Below are positions 1-15,607 of a stretch of DNA of 64,000 nt, piece after piece. Positions within the stretch are counted from its first letter, which is position 1. The number at the start of each line of letters is the position of its first letter. Both the position numbers and the translations under genes were made by a program. Under the pieces are notes generated by a model that did not search any database, was not told where the DNA came from, and worked only from the letters and a program-made list of their open reading frames with translations. The stretch is taken from the NCBI GenBank assembly GCA_012295275.1, contig CM022676.1, positions 3,534,001 to 3,598,000 on the forward strand, given 5' to 3'. The DNA is from Chrysomallon squamiferum (lineage: Eukaryota; Animalia; Mollusca).

Positions 1-532
1 TTTTTGTTAATCCGTTAAAATTATTAAGATACGTTTACAGATGTTTATGATAGACGTACAAATTAACGCTCTTCTGAATGCACTTAAAGTTCTAATATAA
101 ACGAGAAAGAAAGAAAGAAGGAATGAAAAAAAAAGAAAAGAAGATAAAAACAGACACTCAATACAAAACAAAGCTGTTATTTGCTACAGAGCGATGGTTT
201 TCTAGATGAAGGGAGACAACCTGGATCTAAAACTGCATCAGGGGTTATTTCCCTTGTCTTGGATTCTTAATATTAAGGAACGAAATGTGTAAAAGTGGGA
301 AATATGTCAGTAAGTATGTAATGCAATATAAAATAAATACTAACTAACGAACTGACTAATTAACCAACTAACTAACCAACTAACTAACTAACTAACTAAC
401 TAACGAAATACAAAATCAAATAGTGATAATAATTATTACACTAACAGGGTGAAGAAGAAGAAGATGATGATGACGAAAAATAAAATATCTGTTTATTTCT
501 TGTCGTCCTGGACAACTGTAATAATTGAGAAA

Positions 533-589
533 CTGTACTGAGATAGTGACGTCATTCTGAGCCTGTACTGAGACAGTGACGTCATTCTG
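533..589. repeat. 30-bp direct repeat x2, each copy containing a palindromic CRE (TGACGTCA at 547-554 and 577-584)
   Basis: CTGTACTGAGA(T/C)AGTGACGTCATTCTG at 533 and 563, 1 mismatch. Confidence 0.9.
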
Positions 590-664
590 TTCTGAAACTA
601 AAGTAAAGAAATCGACAAATGATAGACTTATCTAGACAGGACAGAATGCAGTTTCCTAAACCAG

Positions 665-918
665 ATACACACACAGTGGCAGACACTCACACAGACACAT
701 ATACACACATGCATAAGATATACATAAACACATACACACAGACTCACACAGATACACACACACATATATACTCACATACACACATACACACATCCAAGAT
801 ACACAGGCAAACAAACATATAAACACACATACATACATACATACATTCACACAGACACATACAGATACACACACATACATACATAAATATACGTACAATC
901 AAAGAGAGACACAGCCAG

Positions 919-949
<31 letters not shown>

Positions 950-1000
950 TACATACATACATACATACATACATACAAACATACATGCACACACATACAA
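665..1000. repeat. Compound (CA)n/(TACA)n microsatellite
   Basis: Visible CA and CATA runs; source of the His/Thr and Cys/Val ORFs here. Confidence 0.9.
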
Positions 1001-1842
1001 AAAAGTGATACTGCAGAAAATAATGTCAGTATTTTCGGGAAGACAGTCACTGATAAAGTAGTGTTAAATACAGTCTCATCCTCCGTGCGTCCGTCCACAA
1101 CACACATCTATAAATCCATCCATCCATCCACCAATCCGTCCATCTGTCTAACCTCCAACACGTACGTACATCCACACACCATCCATTCATCCGTTCATCT
1201 TCAACCATCAACACACACACACACACACACACACACACCCACACACCACACACACCACACCCACACACCAGTCAGTCCAAACCTTCTTGTCCCTTCGTCT
1301 TCCATCTTTCCAGTCAAGGCGACGTTTTTAATCTTCCGTCTATTTTGATTAGTCGTGTATCCCCAGCGATTAACGAACATCAACGGTTCAAACACAGGCA
1401 TTAGCAGTTTATTTCGGTTCATAATCAACGACTTGTGGGCAATAAAAATATAACATCGGCTCTGGCCCTGTCTGCTTCGGTGTAGCACCCGCTTGTTTTT
1501 AATCAGTCTGTCGACTGGGGCTAGACAGGGCAATGGCTTGTAAACCGTGTTAAAGAATGATGATTGTAAGTAATAAAATAATAATTTGAAAATAAAAAAG
1601 TAAAAAAATAAAAAAAAAATAATAATATACTAAAAGAAAAAAAAAAATAATAGACTAAAAAAAATAAATAAATAATATATTAAAAAAATAAAAAATAAAT
1701 AAATAAAAATAAAAATACAATAATAATAAAAATAAAAAAATAAACAAGAAATAAAACGTATGATGAGATGATGTTAATAATAATAATAATAATAAGTATA
1801 TATATATATATAAACTTTTTAAAAGGATTTATAGACAGATGG

Positions 1843-1845
<3 letters not shown>

Positions 1846-1906
<61 letters not shown>
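1846..1906. repeat. (AG)n microsatellite
   Basis: Pure AG run of ~30 units. Confidence 0.97.
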
Positions 1907-1910
<4 letters not shown>

Positions 1911-2719
1911 AAAATAAAAACAAAAAAAAAAAAAAAAAAACCGGAAAAGAGCAAAAACAGCAAAATAAACATTAGAGCACAAAAAAAAAAAAAAACAAGA
2001 AAAAACAAAACAAAAGAAGAATAATAATAACAGAAAATAAAAATAAATAAAATAATAAAAACCATGTTGACCTTCTTTGTATCAAATGTCAGCTAATCTT
2101 TTCTAACGACATTTACACTCTCCGTCCATACATTACACTTCAAACAAAAATCAATTTTTTTTTCTTTCAAATCACTCTGTTCAGAAATAGAACGTGTACC
2201 TTGGACAAAAATCTGCATTTACTTTACAGATAAAAATCTCACACACAGAACAACTATTTTAGTCCAACAATACATCTTTTCTTTTAAATATCTTACTCAG
2301 CGTCTTTTTTTTATCTTTCTTTTTTTTAATTTTTTTTTTTATCATTCTAACATCAAAGCATTCGTCGTGTTTGTAATGATTTTTAGAAGAAGAAAAAAAA
2401 AAAAAAAAGAAAAGATTTTTATGGCACGGATTCCATTTCAACATGATCATAATTAACGATGACTTCGTTTTTAATTCTCTCTGTTTTAACCACGTGTCAA
2501 CATCAACAAAGATAACGTTGTTGGTGACCTCGGCGTTGGAGTTTGATAAGACACGGAGAGAAAGAGGATGTTGTAGTTAGGGTTGTGAATTTTTAATGCG
2601 AGTTATGAGAACGAATCGCACATTACACCGACCAAGGTTAATGGATTTTCAGCAGATAGAGACAGCTGCGTGTTTTAGCAAAGACTGTTGTGTGTGGGTA
2701 TTGTTCTTTTGTCTTGTTT

Positions 2720-3285
2720 CTGTTGTTGTTGTTGTTGTTGTTGTTATTATTATTATTGTTGTTGTTGTTGTTGCTATGTTATTATTATTTCTGTCGTTGT
2801 TGTTCTTCCGTCTTCTTCTTCTTATTATTATTTTTATTATTGCTTTTGTTGTTATTGCTGTTGTTATTGTTGCTATTATTATTATTATTATTATTATTGT
2901 AGCTGTTGATGATGTTATTGTTATTTTTGTTGTTATTGTTGTTCCTTCCTTCTTCATCTTCTTCTTATTGTTATTATTCCAAAAACAACATTTACTCGAA
3001 CTGTTTATATATCTGTTCTTGTTTTTTAATTTATTTTTTTGATGTTTTTTTTTTCGCATAGAAATTGTCATTACCATCATCTTCACCTGCATCGTTGTCA
3101 TCAACGTATTTATTTCCTTTGTTTCTTTTTTCTTTCTTTTTTTTTTGTTAATAATCACTGTCGCATGCATCATCATTATCATTTACATCATCATCCTTTT
3201 CATCATCGTCATCATAATCATCATCATCACCATCTTCTTCTTCTTCTCCTTCTCCTTATTATTATTATTATTATTATTATACTAA
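2720..3285. repeat. Compound trinucleotide low-complexity tract (GTT/ATT/CTT/CAT)
   Basis: Successive triplet runs; explains the poly-V/I/L/H ORFs. Confidence 0.9.
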
Positions 3286-3884
3286 TAATGATTAGCATAT
3301 AGTGAAAAATAACATCGAACTGTCAAGCACATCTGATTTTTTCATTAATTCCGCTGGCTACAGAATAACAGACGATGTTACTCGATTAATAACACTGGTA
3401 ATTACAGACCAAACAGCGAGACGCTATGATCTATAATAAAATCCTCGTATTAGGACACACTAATAACGATAGCATCCAATGGAAATAATTAACCGCGGTT
3501 TGAGACCCCGGCAAAAATATATTGGTGTCTTGGAATGACTGTCGACCAAAGGAAATTGGAACATTGATCTCGGACTGGTAAATACGGAGTGGAAATAATA
3601 GGTTAACACACTTCAGCAATAAACACGATAAGACAATAACCCATATATTTTTTTTCTTTTTTTTATACACACGAGAAAGATGAGGAAGAGTGGTTAGAGC
3701 GGTCGCTTCACAGATAATGAGGTATCATTCCTACTACGTCTGTCTGTGTGTTTATTTATTTGTATATTCATTCTTCCATCCATCAGTCCGTCTGGGTTTT
3801 TGTATCTGTCTATCATCTATCATCAATCTGCTGTTTGTCTTCACTCAGTTAATCATTCAGCCAGTCATACAGTCAGTCAGTCAA

Positions 3885-4335
<451 letters not shown>

Positions 4336-4880
4336 CCACCTCCTGCTCTCGAAGAAGAGAGAATTATTCCGATGCTCGCGCTCTGCTTACAAATGAGAGA
4401 TTTCTAAGGCAGCATTTGACGAGATACTCAGAAGCAGACGACTCTGTGCGCGAGAAGATGCCAGAAGCGGGAATCCGAACACAAGCACTCCATTTTGTAA
4501 CGAGCTGAACAGTTCACTGGGTCCTGCCAGTACAGCTGTCTGTCGCAAACAAGTCAGCAAATTACTTAATAGTCAGTTATTTCAGTCGCTGTAGGAAGTA
4601 TTCTCGCCCCCTAGAAAAAAAAAAAAAAAAAAAAAAAAAAAGAAGATCAAGTAAAAAAAGATATACAAAATAAAAAAAAAAAAAAAAAAAGGAAAAATGT
4701 TGTGTGTGAAGGATTAAAAAATATATAAATTAAGAAAACAAATATATATATATATATAAATAAACAAATAAATAAATAAATATATAAATCACAGAAACAG
4801 TTTATAAAAGGCTAGCGATTATGAGAAAAAAAAAATTATTTATTTAAAAACGTTTTATTATTCTTTTTATTTATTTAGTA

Positions 4881-4977
<97 letters not shown>

Positions 4978-4985
4978 TTATTATT
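4881..4985. repeat. (ATT)n microsatellite
   Basis: Near-pure ATT run. Confidence 0.95.
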
Positions 4986-5408
4986 TCTTTATTTCTTTCT
5001 TTATTTATTTATTCCAATCTATGTCACTATGTTGACCTATCTCTTTCTCTGGCTGTTAAACTATTTGTCTGTCTTCTGTCTGTCTATCTGTCTCTTCACT
5101 TTTCGTATAAAGAAAATTTTATTTAATTCTCCCTGTTTCATACTCTTTATCATTAGATACAAATAATAATTACAAGAGCAGTGACTACTACAACAACAAA
5201 TGTAACAGCAACAACACCAACGACGACGATAGCAGCAAAAACAACAACAACAAAAAATAATCATAAAATAAACGATAATGAAGCTGATGATGATGATAAT
5301 GGATGATGATGGCAATGATGATAATGATGGATTGCAATGATAATTAGGATAATAGAAACAACAAACAACAGAAAACAAAAGTTCTTGAAACAATGAAACC
5401 GAACCCTG

Positions 5409-5447
<39 letters not shown>

Positions 5448-5896
5448 AGTCCTCCCCTGACCTTGACCTCAGCCACAAAACGTCCTTCACCTTGTAATAT
5501 TTTTGCCTGGGTTAGCCGCGGTAAACACGGCGCATTAGCAGAAGGGTTTCCCCGAATACGATGCTGTCGTAGTAAATATAGTCAGAGCGGTGTATCAGGC
5601 GCCAGTCTGTCAGTGTGTGCATTAACGTTGTCACTGGTTGACGTTCACTTGTGGAATCATCACGTGACACGTTCAGAAGAGAACTCGGCTGTCGCCATCA
5701 ATTTTCCACAAGCATTTGTAACATTTACAACAGGAACTACTTTTACAGAACACTCGGCGCATGAATTTTCATGGCTGCGGTCGTTAAGGGGTTTTATAGC
5801 CTTTCTTAGTTAACGCTGTCTTCATTGTTCGTTATTTTATTTTATTTTATTTTATTTATTTATTTATTTTTTTATTACTACTATTTATTTATTTAG

Positions 5897-5952
<56 letters not shown>

Positions 5953-5979
5953 CAATATTATTATTGTTGTTGTTGTTGT

Positions 5980-6010
<31 letters not shown>

Positions 6011-6370
6011 ATTATTCTTTTCTTTCCCTTTTTTTTCTTTCATTCCTTTCATTTTGTTTCGGTCGCTCCTTCTTTCATCTGACCCGTGTTTCATTAATGT
6101 TTTCGTTCTTGTTATTTCTTCTGACATCATTTTTCTGTTTTGTCTGTTTAATCTTTTTATCTGTTTGTTTGTTCGTCCTGGTCAGTTGTACTTTTCTCTT
6201 TAAAAAAAAAAAAAATCAATTGTTCTCCGAGTTTGGTTTGCGATTCAGAGATATATCACACTATATTCGTTTGTCTCTGTTTTAGAATGATCTATTTTTG
6301 AAAAAAAGATGTTTCATTTTCTTGAACTCTTATTTATATTATTTCCCTAAAAAACATGAACGTTTTTACT

Positions 6371-6375
6371 GTATT

Positions 6376-6463
<88 letters not shown>

Positions 6464-6488
6464 CTATTTTACCAATTTAAACCGTATT

Positions 6489-6564
<76 letters not shown>

Positions 6565-6581
6565 TTTACCAATTTAAACCG
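6371..6581. repeat. Tandem duplication of a (TC)n tract together with its flanks
   Basis: GTATTGC-(TC)n-CCTATTTTACCAATTTAAACCG occurs twice (starts 6371 and 6484). Confidence 0.9.
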
Positions 6582-6780
6582 CACGCAGGCACGGAATTAC
6601 CTGGCAAACAATAGCCTGATGATTTAGTGGTAGTTTCATGCTTTTTAATTGCAAAAATATGCGGGATCCCTCTGCCAGAACTAGCAGCTGCAATTTTCAG
6701 TGTTAATGGAATGAAGAACAGTTATAAGTGCAGAGGTTATTCTAAGTGATTGTTATAATTACGTGCGCGTGCAGGCAGGT

Positions 6781-6790
6781 TGATTGACAG
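6781..6790 (+). promoter_or_regulatory. Candidate PBX-MEIS/PREP (TALE) decamer site
   Basis: Exact TGATTGACAG inside a unique island; variant TGACTGACAG at 10365-10374. Motif match only. Confidence 0.35.
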
Positions 6791-7318
6791 GTCGTTTTAA
6801 TTAAAAATTCACCAATCTCAACGTCTCCATGCGTTGTGTGTTTGCTTCACTTTGTGACTAAATCAAGCTACATTTTCAGAATTAAATCTATCTATCTGTA
6901 TAATCTGTCCATAATTTGTTTGTCTGTAAGTATAACTGTATGTCTGTCTGACTATGGACACATATATAACTACCTTAATACCTACTAGTTTGTCCTGCTG
7001 TTTTCGGAATTAATTAGATGTATATCTGTCTATTCGTGTTGTTTGTTTGTTTGTATGAACCTCTATCTGCCTATCGACATGGGTCACCTATCAGCCTGAC
7101 AGCTTTTGTACAACCTTCCGTCCAGCCTGTCTGTCTGTCTGTCTGTATCTGTCTGTCTACCCACCCACGCGTGATTCTACCTAGCTGTCTCTCCGAGTGC
7201 CTGTCAGTCTGTCTGTCTTTCTGTCTGTCTATCTGTCTCTTCTATCTGTCTCTTCTATCTGTGTGTGTGTATATGTTGGTATATATGTATATATATATTA
7301 ACGAAAAAGGATAAGGTT

Positions 7319-7792
7319 TATGTATGTATGTATGTATGTATGTATGTATGTATGTGCATACATATAAAGAGAGGAGAGAGGTAGAAAGAAAGATAATTAT
7401 ATATATATATATGTGCGTGTGTGTATGTATGTATGTATAAATGAATGAATGTGTGTATGTATGTATGTATGTATGTATAAATGAATGAATGTATGTATGT
7501 ATGTATGTATAAATGAATGAATGTGTGTATGTATGTATAAATGAATGAATGTGTGTATGTATGTATGTATGTATAAATGAATGAATGTGTGTATGTATGT
7601 ATGTATGTATGTATGTATAAATGAATGAATGTATGTATGTATGTATGCATGTATGTACGTACGTATGTATATATGTATGTATGTATGTGTGTATGTATGC
7701 ATATATGTATGTATGTGTGTATGTATGTACTACGTACGTATGTATGTATGTATGTGTGTATGTATACATATATGTATGTATGTGTGTGTGTA
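7319..7792. repeat. (TATG)n tract with a recurring AAATGAATGAATGT block (higher-order unit)
   Basis: ATAAATGAATGAATGT recurs six times between ~7436 and 7632 within GTAT runs. Confidence 0.9.
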
Positions 7793-8164
7793 TTATATTA
7801 TCTATCATTACGAAACCTGTTACTGTTTTGTGTGCCAGAGACTGAAGTACAAGAAGAGTCAATTGACGTAAGCAGTTTTTCAAAATGGCCGACCGTATCC
7901 TTTCTAATGTTTACAGTGAAGAACGAAGCGGACTAATAAAATGATCTTCCACTTGCTGTTGAATTACTTGAGACCAGGAACATGTCTGGATTACTAATAC
8001 GCCAGTTTAGAACGAACTCGCATACTTACTTGCACGTGCAGTAACAGAGGCTGGGTGGCGCTGCTGTAAATTGATTGGTCTACGGCAACTGCAGGTTGAT
8101 GGAAATGTATCAGTAATTAGGAATAAGATTTTTGTTGATGTTATTCGAAGAGGGCTGGAAAATG

Positions 8165-8255
<91 letters not shown>

Positions 8256-8270
8256 GACACAAAGTTTTAT

Positions 8271-8781
<511 letters not shown>

Positions 8782-9437
8782 GAGCGATATGCACTGAAAA
8801 AAAGATAAAATACACAAAAGAAAGAGAAAATGAAACGAGATCTGACTCAGAAAGCTGAAATATAGATTTTTCTGCTTATTATACTCTAAATTAATCTTTT
8901 TTGCAAACGTCTTCTAAACATGATACAGCAGCAGTCGTACTGATTTCGTTTAGAAATATTTCCTTAAAGCTATAGCTTCAGAAATGGGTTAATTACGTAT
9001 CGATATACCATAGGAATTTCGGATTGTGTTTCAGAGAAAACAGGCAAACAATAGTATCACCTCCACACCATATCAGCCGTTTAATACCACAAAAACAGAC
9101 GGACTTTAAGCAATATAATAAATTGAGAAATATTTGTGACAAAAGAATATTGAAACAACAACAACAACAAGAAGAAGCGAAATAATATATTGTAAAATTA
9201 AGTACAGTTATAACCAAATTATAAATTGTGTCAGAAAGATTTCTCGGATTGATGATCTGAAATTTCGAAAGATTTTTTTGACATTTACAAAATATTCGTA
9301 AGATTGATGCTAAGATTAAATGGAGGAATATTAAAATCTATTTGATAATTATTATATCACATATATTGTCATTGTTTTGTATATAAAGAATATACATTAG
9401 TCTAATGGGTTTTTAGTTAGATTGTTTTATATGTGGG

Positions 9438-9473
<36 letters not shown>

Positions 9474-9908
9474 ATTATGTAAATTATGTTTTTAGTAGAC
9501 ATTTGGTTAGCTAAAATTAACTTAAAATATTATTTACTTTGGTGTATAACTCAAGGTTTTTATAATTTCATGTAGAATTATATATGATTGTTGTATGAGC
9601 GTAGGTGTGTTTTTTGAAAATATCCCGTTCTAGAAAATGTTCTTACCCCCAAATTATTCATTCTTTCTTTGTTACTTGTGATGGCTACATGGGTTTTCTG
9701 GTAAGATGCTGTTGATTAAAAAGCAACATTAATGTTTAGTCTTAGGGTATAGACCAGAATAATTCATATTAAAAAACAAAACAAACAAACAAACAAAAAA
9801 AATTCTTCTAAACAGAGAATTTGCATGAAGGATATTATTATGAAAGAGATAATAAATAAATAAATAAATATTTTAAATAAAAAAATAAAAATAAAAATAA
9901 AAAAAATA

Positions 9909-9942
<34 letters not shown>

Positions 9943-10123
9943 AATTGAAATCATAAATAAAATAAAATTAAATTAAATGAAATAAAATAAGACAAATACA
10001 AATAATCAAATTACGAAAATATCTGTAGTATCTAAGACTCCAAGTATTAACAAATCCTTCAATCAAAACAACTCTCATTTTTCAATTGTGTCATTTAGTC
10101 ATTTAGAAAACATGTAATTTAAT

Positions 10124-10162
<39 letters not shown>

Positions 10163-10440
10163 ATGACAAAAAATAATCTTCTCAAATCAGTAATCTCAAA
10201 ATCTCACGATACAAGAAGCAATTAGTCCCGACCTTTGTCGACTCAAGTTAGAAATAAAAAAAAAAAAATAAAATATTAAGAAACAGACGTACACAATTCA
10301 CGATATCCCCAAGAGCAACAGAAGAAAGAAAAAAAGCAATTTGGATGATCTCGGATAAAGTTTGTGACTGACAGGCGGTCTACCTTTGTCTTGTGTGAGT
10401 GACGTGCAATTATTTCGAGATATTTTTAAATCTAACAGAC

Positions 10441-10662
10441 CAGACGATTTCTCTACGCATTTTTAGGAACCAGACTCGGCCTGCGCAGACTTAGAAATCA
10501 GACTCGGTCTGTGTAGACTTAGGAAACTAGGGTGGGTGTATTGTATCCTTGATCTCTGTAGATTTAGATGCCAGATTTGACTTCTGAAAAGACTTTGAAA
10601 CCAGGTTGGGTCTCTGTAGATGTAGAAGTCAGACTTAGTCTGTGTAGACTTAGAAACTAGGC
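10441..10662. repeat. Degenerate ~28-30-bp minisatellite (~7 units)
   Basis: Units resembling CAGACTCGGTCTGTGTAGACTTAGAAA at 10471, 10499 and 10630, with more diverged copies between. Confidence 0.75.
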
Positions 10663-10905
10663 CAGGTAAATCAGGCAAGGGAAAAGTCGAAACAGTGACG
10701 TTCTAATGCGCATGCTCTGAACGCAGATACATCTAGTAAATAATCTTTAACACACAAAATAAAAAAAATAAAAAAACAACAACAACAACAAATAATAATA
10801 ATAATAAAAAAATAAAAAATAAGAAATAAAAGAATAAATAAATAAATAAATAAATAAAATAAAATAAAATAAAATAAAATAAATAAATTAATAAATAAAA
10901 AGTAA

Positions 10906-10940
<35 letters not shown>

Positions 10941-11985
10941 AAATTAATTAATTAATTAAAAGTTAAATAAATTTCAGTGATAATCGTCTTTTGAATGAAA
11001 ATAAACACGTTTTACGTGTAAACCTTTTAGAAATCTGCGGGCACCTCCACGTCCAAGGATCAACTCACGAGAGACACCCACTCATTGCGATCTTACTCAG
11101 ACACACACATCAGTATTTATCCTTGCTGGGAATCAAACACAATGAACAAAACAGAGACGAAAATACCCAAAAGAAAGGAAAGAAGGGTATAACCAACTAA
11201 GCAACAAAGAAACAAACACATAAACGAATGAATGAATGAATAAATAAATATTTTAATGCACGTATAATAAATAGATCGACTGAATGAATTTATGGATGAA
11301 TAAATGAATAAATAAATCAGTAAAACAAAAAAGCACGTATTTATAATCTGATTATATCGCAATTTATCGTTAAAAATACTCTGCTATTACTAAGCCCTAC
11401 TTCAGTCTGTGCCAGACTTAGTGAAATTAATGAGACGGCGAAACATATTTGTTTCGTAATTCCATCCCCCAACGTTCATACAGTAATAAATAACGTTTGA
11501 GAAAACAAAATACAAAAATAGAAAAAAAAAACGTCTTCTGACATTGCTAGTATTTTATTTCCTACATGTAGCACGCCCACAGTTTCTGTCTGGATTTTGC
11601 TTTTTCTTTCTTTTTTCTTTATTATTAATCTTTTTATTTTTTTTTTTTTTTTTAAATATTTGTTAACAATATTTTTCAACGTCAGAGATATTTTCAACGT
11701 AAATGAGCGAGAAATCTGTTTATCGTCTTTTAAGAACTATGACGTAATAATACAACTATGACGTACATGACAAACGTAATCAATATGTTAAACGTTTTTT
11801 TTTTTTTCCTTTGGTTTAGTATCACGTGACACCTCATCAGCTTTAAGACTTCTTCAACAAAAGAGTTCCACTCTCTATTTCTTCATTATCTAATTTTAGC
11901 TGCACGAGATAAAATTAAAGCTGCAGCACAAAGTACTTTCGGTAAAATCGATCGCACGAAGACATCAAAACGCTATAGCCGTTTC

Positions 11986-12005
11986 CGCCATTTTGAACAA
12001 TGGCG
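11986..12005. promoter_or_regulatory. Inverted pair of YY1/PHO-like sites
   Basis: CGCCATT-ttgaac-AATGGCG; left half extends to CCGCCATTTT. Motif match only. Confidence 0.3.
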
Positions 12006-12810
12006 TCTTACTGAAGTGTTTAATGCTGTACGGGTGTGATGACTGACTGACTGTGGGTTATCGTTCTTGGAAGCGGAGTTATTAATGGAGGCAAAAAGGA
12101 TAGCTGCGTCATTAAATTACCTTTTCCACACATCTTCGTTTTAGATGATTAAGAAACACGAATTTTTACGACCTGTTGGAATGGGGAGGCGAGTGGCAAA
12201 CCGGAAATAAAAGCACGATTTGAACGTTGATTTCTCTTCTTCTTTTTTTCATCTCGCTTTTCACACTTTTTATTTCCCCTCTTCTCCATTTTTTTTTTTT
12301 TTTCTATTGGGCATGTAATGGAAAGGGTTATGTCAATGACAAAAGTCATATAATCGGCAATTTCGTTCCATAGATACTTTGGTTCTCCGTGTTTACGATC
12401 AGATCTGAAATGTCTCGCCTCTCGCCGAAGAAGAAGAAGAAGAAAAAGAAGAAAAAGAAGAAGAAGAAGAAGAAAAAAAAAAGCCATTAGTTTCTGAGAA
12501 TGGGTATTAGCCTCAATTTCTTACACAATGCTCTGGGATTTCAGTTCTCCCTGGAGTATACAATCACATTAGTGCTACATATATAAGGTTAAAACAGTAT
12601 TTCATTTCGCCATCTTGTATTAAAGATTTCTATTTTTTTTAAACTTGTTTATTTATTTCATTTGTTTCATTTATTTATTTATTTTATTTTTTATTTATTT
12701 ATTTATTTATTTATTTTTTATTTATTTATTTATTTTATAAAAAAAAAAAAAAAGAAGTATATCAGGGGAAATAACTGAGTTCAGAGAAGAGACAGGAGCC
12801 CCCCCCCTCA

Positions 12811-12826
12811 CTCCTAGGTGGCGCTA
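12811..12826 (+). promoter_or_regulatory. CTCF-like site
   Basis: CTCCTAGGTGGCGCTA vs a typical core CCACTAGGTGGCGCTA (14/16); isolated GC-rich patch in AT-rich DNA. Confidence 0.35.
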
Positions 12827-12889
12827 TTTGATAATAATCTATTCTAAGGTCATGATGGTATGTACAAACTGCGATAGAAAGAAATAGGG

Positions 12890-12922
<33 letters not shown>

Positions 12923-13214
12923 TTGACGTGCTTGTAAAACGTTTTTATTAATTTGTAACACAAGATTTAAACTTATATTTTCTAGTCAGAGGAAAGAATA
13001 GGAATGACGTAACAGAATATAATTTAAATTCTGCTGATGTTGCTTCTTCTGTACTAGAACTGCTGCTTCTAATAATAACGACGATGGTGATGATGAAAAT
13101 GATGACGTTAGCCACGACAACAATTATTAACAATTAACAAACGAACAAACAAAATAATAAATAAAAAATGTCAGCAACGTACAAACAATAAATAAATAGA
13201 TACTTATGTGCATG

Positions 13215-13257
<43 letters not shown>

Positions 13258-14900
13258 ACAGATAAACGACACGTTGAAAATAATGAATAGACAATAATAT
13301 TTCAATATCTTATACACAAATGTAATTGACTGACAAAACTGATTCATCTCTTAGTCAATATTTCTTTTTTTTTAAATCTATTTATTTATTTATTTTTTAT
13401 TATTATTCTCTGTAAGTCACAGTGACCTAACGACAAAAATAAAAAAAAAAAAAAAAAAAAAAGAGAAAATTAATACTTCCCCTTCAGTCGACCCAGACGT
13501 ATTAAATTATTATACTTTATCATTAGTAAAGTCTGCACGCCAGTGACGAAACAGATAAACAGCAACGTAGACAAAACACATTTATATTCGTCGAAGCGGA
13601 GCTGCACTTTAAACAAAGGCACCGCTGCAACAAATCAGACGTTTTCTTGACGTAGGTCGGTGAGTCGGTTAGTTTGTCTGTCAGCTTTGACAGCTGAACG
13701 GTCGGAACCTTTTCTCACAAAGTAACGAATACGTCATTTGGCTGCTTACGCACACTCTGTCATTTTTTTTTTTTTTTTTGCCAGCGAACACAATGGCAGT
13801 TAAAAGCAGGAGAAGCGAAACAAGGGAAGCAAGAAAATCGTTAAACGAAGACGAAGAAGGGAAATCCTGCCGACAGGTTGAAAATAAATAAATGCGAGAT
13901 CAGTCTGGGGCGGTTTCGGTTTTTGTGTTCGTCTGTTACAGAGCGAGGATACCCAGTCAACTTTACAGTCGTTTTAGAGACGGGTCATGTAAAACAGAGA
14001 ATTACAATGTGTTAGCCTTAAATAGATGAATATGGAGACGAAGAAGAAGAAGAAGAAGAAGAAGAAGAAGAAGAAGAAAGAAGGAAAGAAAAGAAAAGAA
14101 GAAGAAGAAAAAATAAAAATGAAAACAAACAACGATGATGCTATAATGAAATTAAATAGATTTATGACATCAGCTACTCTATGTCAAACTTTAGACAGTA
14201 CAAGATTACATTATTTAATTTTCTATCATCAGCTATTCTGGTATTTCAGAAGAAACCTCTACATTACTTCTTCGAGATAACTTTTACATGCATTTTTCAA
14301 AAAACAGCACAGCACCGTACCGCGTAGTTTGTCCACTGAATAGTGAAAGCGTTAGTAACAGCTACTGTTAATTCTTTTCTGATAATCGCTAGCCTTTTAT
14401 AGACTGTTTCTGTAATTTATTTATTTATTTGTTTGTTTATTTGTTTATTTATTGCATTTTATTATTTATTATATTTTATTTATTCATTTATTTTATATAT
14501 TTATTATATTTTATTTATTTATTACATTTTATTTATTTATTTTATTTATTTAATACATTTTATTTATTTATTACATCAGCATTATCCCATTCGTCTTAAA
14601 AAAACCAACACCCAAACTACAAGACTGTTTTTTACGTAATAAACACCGACATGAAAAAAAAAAAAAAAAAAAAAAAACATTTCGTATTTATTAAATCTCG
14701 TTTTATTGGCTTAGTCTCCTTAACGTTCCCGCGTCCTGAAACCCGCGTCGAAAACAAACGACATCTCGTCTGCGTGAAATATCGTCTTTATTGCACGACC
14801 TATGACTGAGAGCACCGTTCATATACGCAGGGAGAGACGCGAAAACGTAACAACAACGTCATAACCTCCGTAACGACTGTCACGACGTCCGTGCGTGAAG

Positions 14901-14935
<35 letters not shown>

Positions 14936-14956
14936 AAGCCATTACGACCTAACGTC

Positions 14957-15040
<84 letters not shown>

Positions 15041-15362
15041 TCTTTGATATCTTGCGAAATATATACCGCCACATAAAACTCCATGCTCGTGCAGCACGAG
15101 GTGGATAAGTGCTGACTGTTGCAGTAATGACGTCGGTTAACTGAAAGGAGTGAAACATAAATAAGAATAACAAATATTGAAGCGGTGCCCGGTCCGTGTT
15201 GAAAAAGACCCGCACAGGCGCCAGTGGCTGTCCGAGTTACGACTTTGTGTGTGTTCAGTTTTGAGGTGGGCGAGTTTAAGATCGGGTCAGAGACCTGATG
15301 TATGTCGTTTTATAGGCGTATGAATCTTGCTAGACTAAATAAAATTTTCTTTGTTTTTTATT

Positions 15363-15397
<35 letters not shown>

Positions 15398-15576
15398 AAG
15401 AAAAGGGGAAGAAAAAAAGAAGAAGAAGGTAATAATAATAAAAATAAATAATAGTGATAAATGAAATAAATAAATGAAATAAAATAAATAAATCAAGAAT
15501 GAAAAAAAAAAAAAATGAAAATATAAAAAATGAAAAATCAAGGAATGAAAGAAACTAATAAATAAATAAAATGAAA

Positions 15577-15607
<31 letters not shown>

